Part shown: positions 13,782 through 27,242 of the stretch, piece by piece
Position numbering within the stretch: position 1 is the stretch's first letter
Layout of the letters: the number at the start of each line of letters is the position of its first letter
Assembly: GCF_006345805.1 (NCBI RefSeq)
Contig: NC_043015.1
Span: 37,324,001 to 37,388,000, forward strand
Direction: 5' to 3'
Length of the DNA: 64,000 bases
Source of the DNA: Octopus sinensis
Lineage: Eukaryota
The notes under the pieces: generated by a model
Told to the model about the DNA's origin: nothing
What the model saw: only the letters and a program-made list of their open reading frames with translations
Database searches by the model: none
Made by a program: the position numbers and the translations under genes

Positions 13782-14828
13782 CTGTGTGAGTGTGGATATG
13801 TGTATGTATGCATGCATATGTGCATTCATATATATGTATTCATGCCAGTAGCATTCTGAAGATTAATGTTACTACTCTATAAAAAAAAAACACGAATCAT
13901 AAAACATAAAAATGAAGGAATACGAACAAATTAGAAGCGATAAACAAGACAAAAAAGTAATAAAATCCATTAGTAAAACAAAACATAATAAAACCGGCAC
14001 GTACCACATGAAATACCAAATATTCATCTCTCCGATTTTTTCCCCTCTTATCTTTGAGTGAAACGAATTTGTTTTGTAACAAAACGGATATAAATCGTGG
14101 TGCCTGTCGGGAAATCAACGCCAAATAAAATCCTGTAATACTGTGCCTCTCATTCAAATGCAATGAATGATCAACCAGTTGGTTTGTTCTCGTCAGATCC
14201 TGGACGACGATAGCGGCTTGTGTTCCGCCATTGCTCGAGTAAGTCTAGGACAACGACACGAAACACTCTCGTTTATTTATGTTGTGTTTTGCATTTTGTT
14301 CAAAATTATTTCTCGTTTTTGTTTTCGAAAGTTGTCTTCATCCATGTGCTGGATGATTGTTAGATGTAGAGGAAATAATAAAAAAGACCTGAATATAGCC
14401 TCATAGTTTTCAAACGTAACGACAAAACACGAAGTTGTAGGTTGCCATATTGAAGATACAGGCATAGATGAGAGAGAGAGGTCCATGTGGGATCACTTCG
14501 CAGAAAGGTGCGCCCAATTGTTTTGTAATGGTGAAATCTTTTCATAGCCATTGCCTTGAGACTGGAATTTCGCTGACGAACAGTTAAGTACTTTGCATAT
14601 GCGTGTGTGTTTGTGGGCGTGCTAACGTGTGTGTATGTCTGTGTTTGTGAGTGTGAGTTTATTACACTTACACATAAATATTATTAAAAGTGACTTCGGG
14701 TTTTTCGGTCAGTTAAGAAATAGTAAATTTCTTCTCCACAAGTGTGCAGAATAACCATCAGATTAATGTAAAATTATTTGTATTATATCGAAACATAAAA
14801 CAAACATTTATATACATACATATACATA

Positions 14829-14906
<78 letters not shown>

Positions 14907-15241
14907 GATATATATTATATATTATATATTATTATATTATTATTATTATTATTATTATACTATATACATATATATATATTCACATATGTGTGGGCGTGTG
15001 TGTGTGTGTGGTGTGTACTCTCTACAGTGAATTTTGCCGGTTAGAAACGTAGCTATTTAAATTTAAATTTAAAATAATAAGTGTTAAAAATGTTTTTCTG
15101 CAGAATTATTTCCGGTATTTTGGTGCGCCAAAACGAAGACTTTTGAAATATATCCCAAAATGTAATTGGTAGAACTATATACATAATCAATTTCATTCGG
15201 ACCTCTCGTGTATACTTCTGCAAGTTATATTTTGCTATGAC

Positions 15242-15310
15242 GATCATACTGAAGATTTGCGGACAACCACGTGATTACGTAAGTGGTAACAACGAAACCG
15301 GTTTGTGATT
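15242..15310 (+). ncRNA. Minimal type I hammerhead ribozyme motif (first stem II pair broken)
   Basis: Stem I GAUCAUA (15242-48) pairs with UGUGAUU (15304-10). Core CUGAAGA is at 15249-55 and GAAA at 15294-97. Helix III is the palindrome AAACCGGUUU, with predicted cleavage GUU after 15303. The 10.1-11.1 pair is U-C. Confidence 0.55.
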
Positions 15311-15946
15311 AATCCAACAGCACAGGGGATAAATACGAGTGAAGCTCTTCAGCCAATTGTGTTATGGAACCCATTTTCGTCTACTGCTCAGCCTTTTATT
15401 TCAGCCAGAGATAATGAAATTTTTATGAATACTAACACATGAATGGCATAATACATATTAATTCGCTACTATTTCCCAAAATTAATTATACATATGTTTC
15501 AATGTTTTAGGAACAGAAAACAATTACCCGTGCAGCTACATCTTATTCTCTGAAAAACACACAAGCACCGTGGATAATATAGTCTTTGACAGACAGCAAT
15601 GGACAAAAATAGAACGACGAATTAATAAGTGCCATCCGAGCCTACAATTTGAAAGGAAAATATATTTATATCATATTTTTGAAATAATTTATTCTTAATT
15701 TTCCACGAGTAATTAAAGTTTGTGAAAGAGAAAAAGAAATAACGAAATGTATAGTTTTTTTTTTATGAATTATCGACATAAACATAAAGTGTACGTCAGG
15801 GAATACAGAAATAGTTCAACTAGAGAGAATTAACAGGGCGTATCAATAAATTTTATTTACAATTATGACAGGAATACACGGGAAAGTAATGAAGAGGCAA
15901 TAAAACATTTTAAAACACACACAGACAGACACACATGTATATAAGC

Positions 15947-16016
<70 letters not shown>

Positions 16017-16275
16017 GAATGAGTTTATATTTAATTCTCTTGTAGAGAATTAAATATAAACTCATTTCAATCTATTTAACATTCACTCTATGTTGACTGG
16101 TAATACAGTATGGGCAGGTTTTCGAAATCCAATGAATCGTTATACATTTATACAGTTAGGAAATTTTACAAATACACAATTTGAAAGAGATATGATAAAC
16201 CGATTATAATGGGTAATACTACATGTACTTTTCATATTTTTTATAATGTGATGTCATTTTTGGGACTAACAATGT

Positions 16276-16370
16276 TTGTGGCTGAAGAGAGCTTTAAACC
16301 ATCTTTTATATCAATAATACACTGATATAATAATGGATTGTTTATAAAGCTTGAAACACGTGTACCGCGA
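16276..16370 (+). ncRNA. Minimal type I hammerhead ribozyme motif (canonical core)
   Basis: Stem I UUGUGG (16276-81) pairs with CCGCGA (16365-70). Core CUGAAGA is at 16282-88. Stem II GAGCUUUA (16289-96) pairs with UAAAGCUU (16345-52), with further internal pairing. GAAA is at 16353-56, helix III is the palindrome ACACGUGU, and the predicted cleavage triplet GUA ends at 16364. Confidence 0.75.
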
Positions 16371-16406
16371 TATCCTTTGTGTTCTGTTTTTAATTTTATT
16401 TCGCAC

Positions 16407-16459
<53 letters not shown>

Positions 16460-17344
16460 TATTGGTTAATATATATATGGAGCAAATTGACCCTTTCTGA
16501 AATAGCTAAGAGGAAAACAAAAAATCGTTGGCTTGAATTTCATTTTAGAAAACCATCTTCACTTGCGATGTTGTTATTACTCCGTGAATATGTATGCATG
16601 AATGTATATTTATATATGTATGTACGTATATATATGTATAAATGTCTGTATGCATATATATATATATATATATGTGTGTGTTCATCTGTGTATAAATATG
16701 TGTGTGTGGATATTTACACACATACATACATAGAGGCATATAAAGACTACTACGGAAACCAAATGTGTAGAATAAGACGGTTGAATCAACACGACATTAC
16801 TAGTTATTTGATGATTGAGAGGCGGATTATGTGTATGAAATTTGAAGCAATCTGAGAGTGAGTGAGTATGTTTATGTACTTTTGTGTGTGTGTGTGTGTG
16901 TGGTTGCCTCTTTCTGTCAAATGAAAGCCCTCTCATAAGGAATAATTATGAGAAATCTGTACGCCATTGGATTTAGGTGACAAACGTTTGTATAACACTT
17001 TTGCCGTTCTCTCGGTCGCCATCCTTGGTTCCCCTGACAAGTGTTGGAAGATGATTGATGCTGTTTTGACTTCAAGAATTATATGAGAATGTTTTTTCTC
17101 CGGGAAGAGTTGCCGTTCCCACGGCTTTATCAAAACCAACAAGAGGAGCTTCCGCTACCGCTGGGATATATATTCAACCCATAGTAGGGACCCTGGCAGG
17201 TACTACAATACATGATGAGGACGGATCTTGGAATGATGGTAGATGAAGGGTCACTCCACGGTTTCCCTATTTGCACTGCACCTTAAATGGAGCATCAGCA
17301 CCACATAGTGTGTCGTAACAAGAAAACAAGCATACACAGATGTG

Positions 17345-17381
<37 letters not shown>

Positions 17382-17462
17382 CCGATTGTACACATCTGTA
17401 TGCATATATGCATCCTCAAACAGGGCTTTGGGAAATTTTGTCCATATATATATATATATATA

Positions 17463-17693
17463 GGCGGCGAGCTGGCAGAAACGTTAGAACACCGGGCGAA
17501 ATGCGAAGCCGTATTTCGTCTGCCGTTACGTTCTGAGTTCAAATTCCGCCGAGGTCGACTTTGCCTTTCATCCTTTCGGGGTCGATTAAATAAGTACCAG
17601 TTACACACCAGGGTCAATGTAATCGACTTAATCCGTTTGTCTGTCCTTGTTTGTCCCCTCTGTGTTTAGCCCCTTGTGGGTAATAAAGAAATA
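17463..17693 (+). mobile_element. Full-length, well-preserved family-1 tRNA-SINE
   Basis: GGCGGCGAGCTGGCAGAAACGTTAG (A box), GAGTTCAAATTCC (B box), and 3' end TTTAGCCCCTTGTGGGTAATAAAGAAATA running into (TA)n. Confidence 0.9.
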
Positions 17694-18078
17694 TATATAT
17701 ATATATATGCACAACACTAACAAATTGCAAACGTGGTAAACTGAACGGTAATGATCACTTTAACCGAATATACTTATACATATACACACATACAATCATA
17801 CATACATACACACACATATATATATATATATAATTATATGTAAATGGGAATTAGAGGCACTAAATGTAAGACGTGAATTGTTTTACGTTCGACAACAACT
17901 CACATCTTTACCAAGCCTCAAACGGTTTTCGACTGCTGTTACCAGCAAAATCTGGTACCTTTGTGTGCCACTAATTCCTATTTATAATTCTACATTTTCA
18001 GTGCTTTTTCGCTGGAAAATAATATTATCAATAATATATATATTTTTATCTATAATCATATGTACATACATACATACA

Positions 18079-18155
<77 letters not shown>

Positions 18156-18972
18156 GTAATATACACATGTATGAATATCTCTATGTAGGTGTGTGTTTGT
18201 ATGTGCATGTCAGTGCGAGTGCGTGTGTGTGTAGCCTGTATGTGTGTGTATGTTGGCTGATTGCATTATTAAATTTAAGTATTATATCATCTTGAGTGTC
18301 TCCTTCTTTCTGCACTACTTTCTCAAACCAAGCCAAGTTGAAGTACAATCATCATCATCATTATCATCTTCATGATCTTTATCACCCGCATCCTCCTCAT
18401 CAACATTATCGTCATCATCGTCATCACCATACACATGATCAAATTCCTAGATAATTTACTCTTTATGCAAACCAGAGAGAAGGGGAAAAAAACAACGAAA
18501 ATCAGCATAAAATGCAGGAAAAGCCAAACAAATGAGAATTATGTAACAATATACATTCATATGTATAAGTTTACCTATATATTCTTCACATACGCACACG
18601 CACACACACATACAAAAACACACGGGCACACACATACATATATATATATAAGGGAGAGACACATATCGATGCCTATAGGTGTGTGTTTATATATGTACGC
18701 AACAGCTTATAAATATATAAGTACATATACATATGTATGTTTGTATGTATATGTATATATGTATGTATCTGTATATACATATATATGTATGTATATATAT
18801 GTATATGTATGTGTGCATATATAATACACCAATTAAATGCAGGCCATTGATACACAACATGCTCACTCACTCACACATTCACACACATATACACACACAC
18901 ACATACATATACATGTATGACTTTGTTAGTTTCGGTGTGTATACTGTACAAGAGTAATCGTTATGAATGTTA

Positions 18973-19015
<43 letters not shown>

Positions 19016-19109
19016 CGTATTTACGCGCACTCACATTTCTATATATATGCGAGTGTGTGTGATTGTGACTATGGATGTGATTGTGTGTGTGTATGTGAGA
19101 AAGAGAGAG

Positions 19110-19151
<42 letters not shown>

Positions 19152-19364
19152 ACTAACCCTACGCTGAATGCTTCAGGAAGGTATGTTGTTTTGTGTGTTT
19201 CTGTGTTGAAGTTATTTATCGTTTATGTTTGATATTAGCAGTAATTAGATCTATTCAGGTGAAATATGGAAGAAGAAACCGTTCCCATGATACGATTTTT
19301 ATATACGAGGTATACAAGGCATACATGTATACATACATACATACATACATACATAATATATATA

Positions 19365-19395
<31 letters not shown>

Positions 19396-19648
19396 CATAA
19401 ATATATATACATGAATATATATACATGAATGTATGTATACGAGGTATACAAAGGCATACATGTATACATACACACATACATACATATATATATTATATAT
19501 ATATATATACATGAATGTATGTATGAAATCACGTCAATATTAATACTGATGTATACATTTACATACGCATACAGAACGTTATAATCATTGACACATACAT
19601 ATATATACGCATGGATGCATGTTTATATATATATATATGTATGTATGC

Positions 19649-19692
<44 letters not shown>

Positions 19693-19732
19693 ATATACAT
19701 ACATATATATATATATATATAATATATAATAT

Positions 19733-19781
<49 letters not shown>

Positions 19782-20394
19782 GTATGTATGCATGTATATA
19801 TACAGGGAGAGAGAGAGTGATTGAACGACAGAGGAAAAGGAAGGATGAGAAGGCTTCACATCGAATTATTGACACATTTATATGCAAAAATGAACAACCG
19901 ATACTCATATATATATGTGTGTGTGTATATATGTGTGTGTATGTGTTCTAACGGTGAGTGTGTGTAAGTTTTCATGCATATTAGTTACAGATTCTCATAC
20001 ACACACAAACACACGTACACACACGAACGCACATATATATATACGTACGCACATATATATATGTACATTAATATATATGGTTGTGTATGTGTGATATCTA
20101 TGCATATCATATATTATATAGCCGTATATATCAGATAATAGTTAAGATGAGTTGCATTTTAATCAGCTATCCTTCTGTTTCCCGCTGGATATAGGCACTA
20201 ATGTCTGTTTAACCTAATTTTGCAAGAAATACTTAACTGTGAACCGCTGTGAGGTCTCTGGAGTTTTTTTTTCTCTTTTTGTCATAGATACTGCGTATAA
20301 AAGAGTGAGAGTGGAAGTATGTGTAAGAAGAGAAATGGTGGTTGTTAGCCGGTAGTTGGAGGTAGCAACCATGAGGGTGTAGAGGAAGGAGAGG

Positions 20395-20532
20395 GAGGAG
20401 AAGAAGAAGGAGGAGAAGAAGAAGTGGAAGAAGATGAGGAAGAAGAAGACGAAGAAGAAGAAGAAGAAGAAGGACTTGATGATGATGATGAGGAGGAGGA
20501 GGAGGAGAAAGAAGAAGAAGAAGAAGAAGAAG
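20395..20532. repeat. Compound (GAA)/(GAG)/(GAT) trinucleotide tract
   Basis: Direct reading of the sequence. Confidence 0.9.
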
Positions 20533-20807
20533 CAATCGTGGATGGCATTGAAGTTCATAAAGCAAATCGTCGTTGTCTTGATCCTGTGTTATTTCCTTAA
20601 ACTGGCGAGATACCCCACGACCCAGCAGTTTCATCGCTCCATGTCTTTTGCGGTTCATCCACATCATGAACACCTTCCATACCTTTAGCTCTCACCTTCA
20701 TCTTCTATGTTTTCTGATATAACCTTACCTACACAGTCGTCAATGCATATCTGCCTCTTTTTCTTTCATTTTCAATTATGGTTTCGCCTTCAGTACTTTC
20801 ACTCCTT

Positions 20808-22221
20808 CACCTTCCATACATTCAGCTCTCGCCTTCCATATATTCAGCTTTCACCTTCAATTCTTTCAGCTCTCACCTTCCACAGTTTCAGCTCTCACCA
20901 TCCATACATCCAGGTCTCACCTTCCATACATTCAGCTCTCACCTTCCATATATTCAGCTCTCACCTTCAATACTTTCAGCTCTCACCTTCCATACATTCA
21001 GCTCTCACCAGCATACATTCAGCTCTCACCTTCCATACATTCAGCTCTCACCTTCCATAATTCAGCTCTCACCTTCCATACATTCAGCTCTCACCTACCA
21101 TACATTCAGCTCTCACCTTCCATACATTCAGCTCTCACCTTCCATATATTCAGCTCTCACCTTCAATACTTTCAGCTCTCACCTTCCATACATTCAGCTC
21201 TCACCTTCCATATATTCAGCTCTCACCTTCCATACATTCAGCTCTCACCTTCCATACATTCAGCTCTCACCTTCCATATATTCAGCTCTCACCTTCCATA
21301 TATTCAGCTCTCACCTTCCATATATTCAGCTCTCACCTTCCATACATTCAGCTCTCACTTTCCATACATTCAGCTCTCACCTTCCATACATTCAGCTCTC
21401 ACCTTCCATACATTCAGCTCTCACCTTCCATACATTCAGCTCTCACCTTCCATACATTCAGCTCTCACCTTCCATACATTCAGCTCTCACCTTCCATACA
21501 TTCAGCTCTCACCTTCCATACATTCAGCTCTCACCTTCCATACTTTCAGCTCTCACCTTCCATACATTCAGCTCTCACCTTCCATACATTCAGCTCTTAC
21601 CTTCCATACATTCAGCTCTCACCTTCCATACATTCAGCTCTCACCTTCCATACATTCAGCTCTCACCTTCCACAAATTCAGCTCTCACTTTCCATACATT
21701 CAGCTCTCACCTTCCATACATTCAGCTCTCACCTTCCATACTTTCAGCTCTCACCTTCCATACATTCAGCTCTTACCTTCCATACATTCAGCTCTCACCT
21801 TCCACACATTCAGCTCTCACTTTCCATACATTCAGCTCTCACCTTCCATACATTCAGCTCTCACCTTCCATACTTTCAGCTCTCACCTTCCATACATTCA
21901 GCTCTCACCTTCCATACATTCAGCTCTTACCTTCCATACATTCAGCTCTCACCTTCCATACATTCAGCTCTCACCTTCCATACATTCAGCTCTCACCTTC
22001 CACACATTCAGCTCTCACTTTCCATACATTCAGCTCTCACCTTCCATACATTCAGCTCTCACCTTCCATACTTTCAGCTCTCACCTTCCATACATTCAGC
22101 TCTTACCTTCCATACATTCAGCTCTCACCTTCCACACATTCAGCTCTCACTTTCCATACATTCAGCTCTCACCTTCCATACATTCAGCTCTCACCTTCCA
22201 TACTTTCAGCTCTCACCTTCC
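20808..22221. repeat. 22-bp minisatellite (TTCAGCTCTCACCTTCCATACA)n, about 64 units, with a 330-bp higher-order repeat in the distal half
   Basis: The unit is read directly. The variant CTTAC occurs at 21598, 21774, 21928 and 22104, and the variant CACA(A/C)A at 21671, 21803, 22001 and 22133, so both variant series recur at 330 bp (15 units). Confidence 0.97.
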
Positions 22222-25156
22222 TTAGGTTTATCTCTCAGTTTTCAATCTTTCAGCTTACACCTTCAACTTCCATATTTCGGCTTACACCTATCCAAACCAC
22301 ACTTTTGCTAAGGAGTAATTATTCATTCTACAATTCCACAAAATATATAGCTTACTGGCGATAGTTTATGTTCATTAACATTAGCAAAGCCAATTCGGCC
22401 AAGATTGACCTGGCCGTTGGCTGTTCGCGGTTGAACACAAGGAATTACAAATAAAATAGTAAGGTCAACTGCACGGTCCAATGCTTGTTAAAGTGTAGTG
22501 GCACCTGTGCCGCAGTGGTCCTTGAGAGTTATTCCAGCGGAGCACAACCTCCAAGTAAAGCCTTACATATTGAACGGTTCAAAGAATAGAAGTGGATTTG
22601 TGTAAGGGCAACAGATATATCTTAAACAAAATCAAAGTTACAGAAGCATCACCGACAAGACGTGGGCGAGGTGAAGGTCTTCTTTCAGGGAAACACGCAA
22701 CCACAAATGAGGCAGGAGAGGACGTGGGTGCCCAAAACTAGCTTGGGGCGGGATACTGAGAGCAAGATGAATAAAAGCAGGGTGTGAACCGAAGAGAAAC
22801 AGAAAAAACAGCCCAGTGTTGTGAACTGTAGATAAAAGTCGCCGATAGCCTATCGTCTACAAGGAGCGAAGTGCTTAAACAAGTAAAGTACTGACGTGTT
22901 TAGCATCAATTTATCTTCATCTAAATGTGTTTTTGTACCTGAAGCAGAGGTCAATAAGTAGTCACGAAAATTTACAATCTAACTTCAAGCAAAACTTATG
23001 TCGACCATGATGTTCATACTTTATGATTCAACACCACACACAGACTAGCAGGAACTTTGTCGATGGTGTCGTTGCCCTCCCGTTTGTGCTTAACGGTATT
23101 TGAACAGACATTGCAACAGTCATGTCATTACATTTGCTTGACTCTTCCTTGTATTTACTAGACATTGCTCACCTGTTAATTGGCAAAGGTGTTTGAAGGT
23201 CGGTTCGCGGACTTTTGATATATATTACACGTCTCTATGTTCCAACGTCAAAATTCTGCCGAGGTTGACCTTTTCTTTCCATCCTTCTGGGGTTTTTAAA
23301 ACAATAAGCATCCATTTTGTGGTGAATGCATTTGTTGTTTCTAGCATGTAGACCAACCAGTACAGTTTCCCTTACAGACACGATAAGAAAATTAGTCACG
23401 GTCTGCCGCAATATTAAATCACTTTATAAGTTCACAATATTAAATAATTTCGCGATGATTTTCACTGACGCAAGGGCCTTACTCAAAGACTTTCGTTGCA
23501 TTTCCATTCATTCAGCACTCAATGATTCTCTCTGCCATTGAATTTGTGGTTTATCTTCTTCTGAGGTCGACTTGTTCCTTTCAAATTCCCTGCATAGATA
23601 TTACCCATAATGCACTTGTGATGATTTCATCGTGTATGATCTGCTCCTTTGAATGTTGACCTTCTTTTCCAATTCACAAATTAATATTTGAAATTGGAAA
23701 ATAATGGATACGTTTGAAGTGAGAGAAAGATGAAAAGCGAAAATGTGCGAGTAGAACTGCTACCGATTCCCTTCAAAGCAACCGTGTATAAAGTTTCCAA
23801 TTCACAACAAATGTATGCGTTCTTCTGCTAGGAGCTTTCTCTATTGATTTCTGTTTATATATATTATTAGCCCTTGTGAGAAAAAGAAGGTCAGATCACC
23901 TCTTGGTTAGATGTAAACAATCTATAGAATAATGTCGCCTTTCAGTATAACAACACAGTGGAAGAGAATATTGTAGCAGAGAACATAGACTTGGTGAATT
24001 AATTATTGGAAACGTGCTTATTGTTGTCCTAAAGGAAGTATGTTATTAATACGACACATTGTTAGTGATGTTTTGTTTCGCCCTAGATCAGCCATGACCG
24101 AGAAAGGCCAACAATGAATGGCTTCCCACTCGTTAACATCCCTTCGTTTTGTTTATCTGAAACTAACTATAGAAAGTGTCTTTTGTTTTGAAGACCCAAA
24201 GGCGGAGGGGCATGGCTTCCGGGATACATGGGTTCAATTTCTACATGTTACAGCCAAACCACAGTCGCAAATTTCACTTGTTTGAAACCAGTCATTTACA
24301 CTAGGGCGCCTAAACTCCCATATCCCTTATCTACATACACTTTATCGGTAGAGTCGTACAGAGCGTCGTGGCAAGTTCGAATTTGCATTCAACCATTTCA
24401 GACCGAATTAAATTATAACAATCAAAGGTAGAAACGTTTGCGTTGCGTTCTCAGTTCGAATACAGTCAAGTTCTATTTAGACGACTTAATCCGTGGTATG
24501 TATACCAGCGGCAGCTTGGATGTTGATAACACTATTAAACGCATCCGATCAGATCTATCATTTTGACGACAACTTCCTACCTCTCTCCATTCTACCACTC
24601 GCAGGGTACTGTAAAAAGACATGCGCACTGTCTTTCTTTCTGATAAACGATTAAAGGAGCAAATTAAATACCATTTCATATTTCCTTCCTTTTGTTACTG
24701 ACGTAATATTTACAACAACTATGAGCATACGGCGTACAAATGAGTGGAAATTTGGTATCACAGAATCAACCATTGCATTGGTTTGAAAAATAATGTTGTT
24801 ATATGAATATTATGGGTTAACAAAACACACACACACATACAAGCGCTCGCGTGCGCGCAGAATATCCGTTCAAACTGTGATTCTTTTTCTAGATTAAAAT
24901 TTATGGTGTTTTACGAGATTTCTTTTATTGGGAATACCAACAGTCAGAAGAAGAGAGCGATAACAATTTTATATGCAAACGCACAGCATATTAATAATAA
25001 GTTATTTGGTTTCCAACATTCATTTAGAAAGATTATTAAATATTAAGCTAGAAAACGATAACATTCAAAGTGACAAGTTACTGAGATGACATGAAATAGC
25101 AGAAAATATGGAGTTTAATCCAGTCTCAGGAACGGAAGATCAGTGACATCAAGAAA

Positions 25157-25450
<294 letters not shown>

Positions 25451-25471
25451 GCTGCACATAAATACACATAG

Positions 25472-25508
<37 letters not shown>

Positions 25509-25726
25509 ATAATATCAGGGCAATAAAGATTTTAGAATTGTTTACTCCCTGTGGCCTGGCGTGTAGAAAAGTTAGTCAATAGACAATATATTATTCATGT
25601 AAAATATAGTGTACAGATAGTAAATGTTTTTATTTTTCATTCCCTTTGAGTTTTTATCGCTAATAATGGTTTAGACTTTAGCTGTTCCTTCTGATGGATA
25701 CCTCTTATGTGTTTAATTGTACACTG

Positions 25727-25800
<74 letters not shown>

Positions 25801-26831
25801 ATAACGGGAAGCTTTATGAAAATAAACAAAAGACGGGAAGCTTTATGAAAATAATACATTCATATATACGTATGCATGTATTTATGAGAGTATGCTTGTC
25901 CTTCCATCATCGCTTGACACCCGCTGTTAGTGAGCTTACGTTCCCTTAACTTAGCAGTTCGGGAAAAAGAGTCCGATAGAATATGTACCGAGCTTTTAAA
26001 AAAAAACTATGGAACAGCGGATTGCAATCCCCATTGACGGGGTGTTGATATGTTAAATACTTATGTTATAGAAATCACTTAGCTCAGTTCCCTGACGCCA
26101 AATGAATTTGCTGTGTATATCAGTAGATTGGCTGATTACTTTTCCAGTATTAATGGAGCAATGCAGACACTTCGGATCAGGACTCGATGATGCTCCTACA
26201 TCAATTAAGGCTGCTCCACTGATTTTCTTTCTTCCAATCTACGGGGAAATAGTAAAAAATTTGCAATGTTTTCAATATGAACTGTGTAGGTTTACAGATA
26301 TTAATGATTGATTTTATGTCGAGGCATCTATAAAGACAATATAACATTGATTTGAAGGATAACTCATTACTTTTTAGGAGAGCAAATGTTCGTTTTTATA
26401 AGAAGACGATTGACAGACACTGTATATTTTGTTTCTGTAAACACATTGCCGTTGTCTACAGAAAGGAACCCGAACGGCAATTACAAAGCGATAGAAATTT
26501 CCGAAAGCATCCAACAGCTTTGCAATTTACTGTTCAGAGGGAATGTTATTGAGAATTTCTGTGGCATAAATTGTGTTTTATGTAAACAAACCAAAATTGA
26601 AACGGTACATGTTTAGAATAAACGAATCTACCACGAGGGTAGTCACAGACGTTTCTATTAAAGCTAAGAGAACGGTAAAATATACGTGTACAAGCACGAA
26701 CAAACACACATTATGTGCACACACGCGCATGCGTATACATACCTTTACATATCTCTGTATGCCTGTGTGTGAGTGTCTCTTGGAGCGTAAGTGTATATAT
26801 ATATGTGTGTGTGTGTCCCCGTCCGTGCGCT

Positions 26832-26864
<33 letters not shown>

Positions 26865-26883
26865 TATATATACTCATAAATAT

Positions 26884-26926
<43 letters not shown>

Positions 26927-27211
26927 ATATATATATATATATATATAAACGAAACGTGAATATACATATTTATATCCAAAAGCACGTGTGCATACATGCC
27001 TATACACACGCGAATGTATACACATACGCATACACAAGTATGTGATGTATACACTTACAAATGTGCTTGGCTGTGTGTACATATATATGTATATAAATGT
27101 ATATATATATGTGTGTGTGTATATATATTTATGTATCTAGAGAGAGAGAGAGAAAGAGAGACATATATATGTATATATGCATATGTATGTATTTACATAT
27201 ACATCTGTATA

Positions 27212-27242
<31 letters not shown>

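Noticed and set aside
20551-20688. Signal-peptide-like MALKFIKQIVVVLILCYFLKLA
   Set aside because: It has no convincing donor site, ends in the satellite edge, and sits between repeats; such hydrophobic runs arise by chance in AT-rich DNA.
20778-22364. 528-aa ORF, the longest in the window
   Set aside because: It is entirely the stop-free strand of the 22-bp minisatellite, with no domain or splice context, so it is not called as a CDS.
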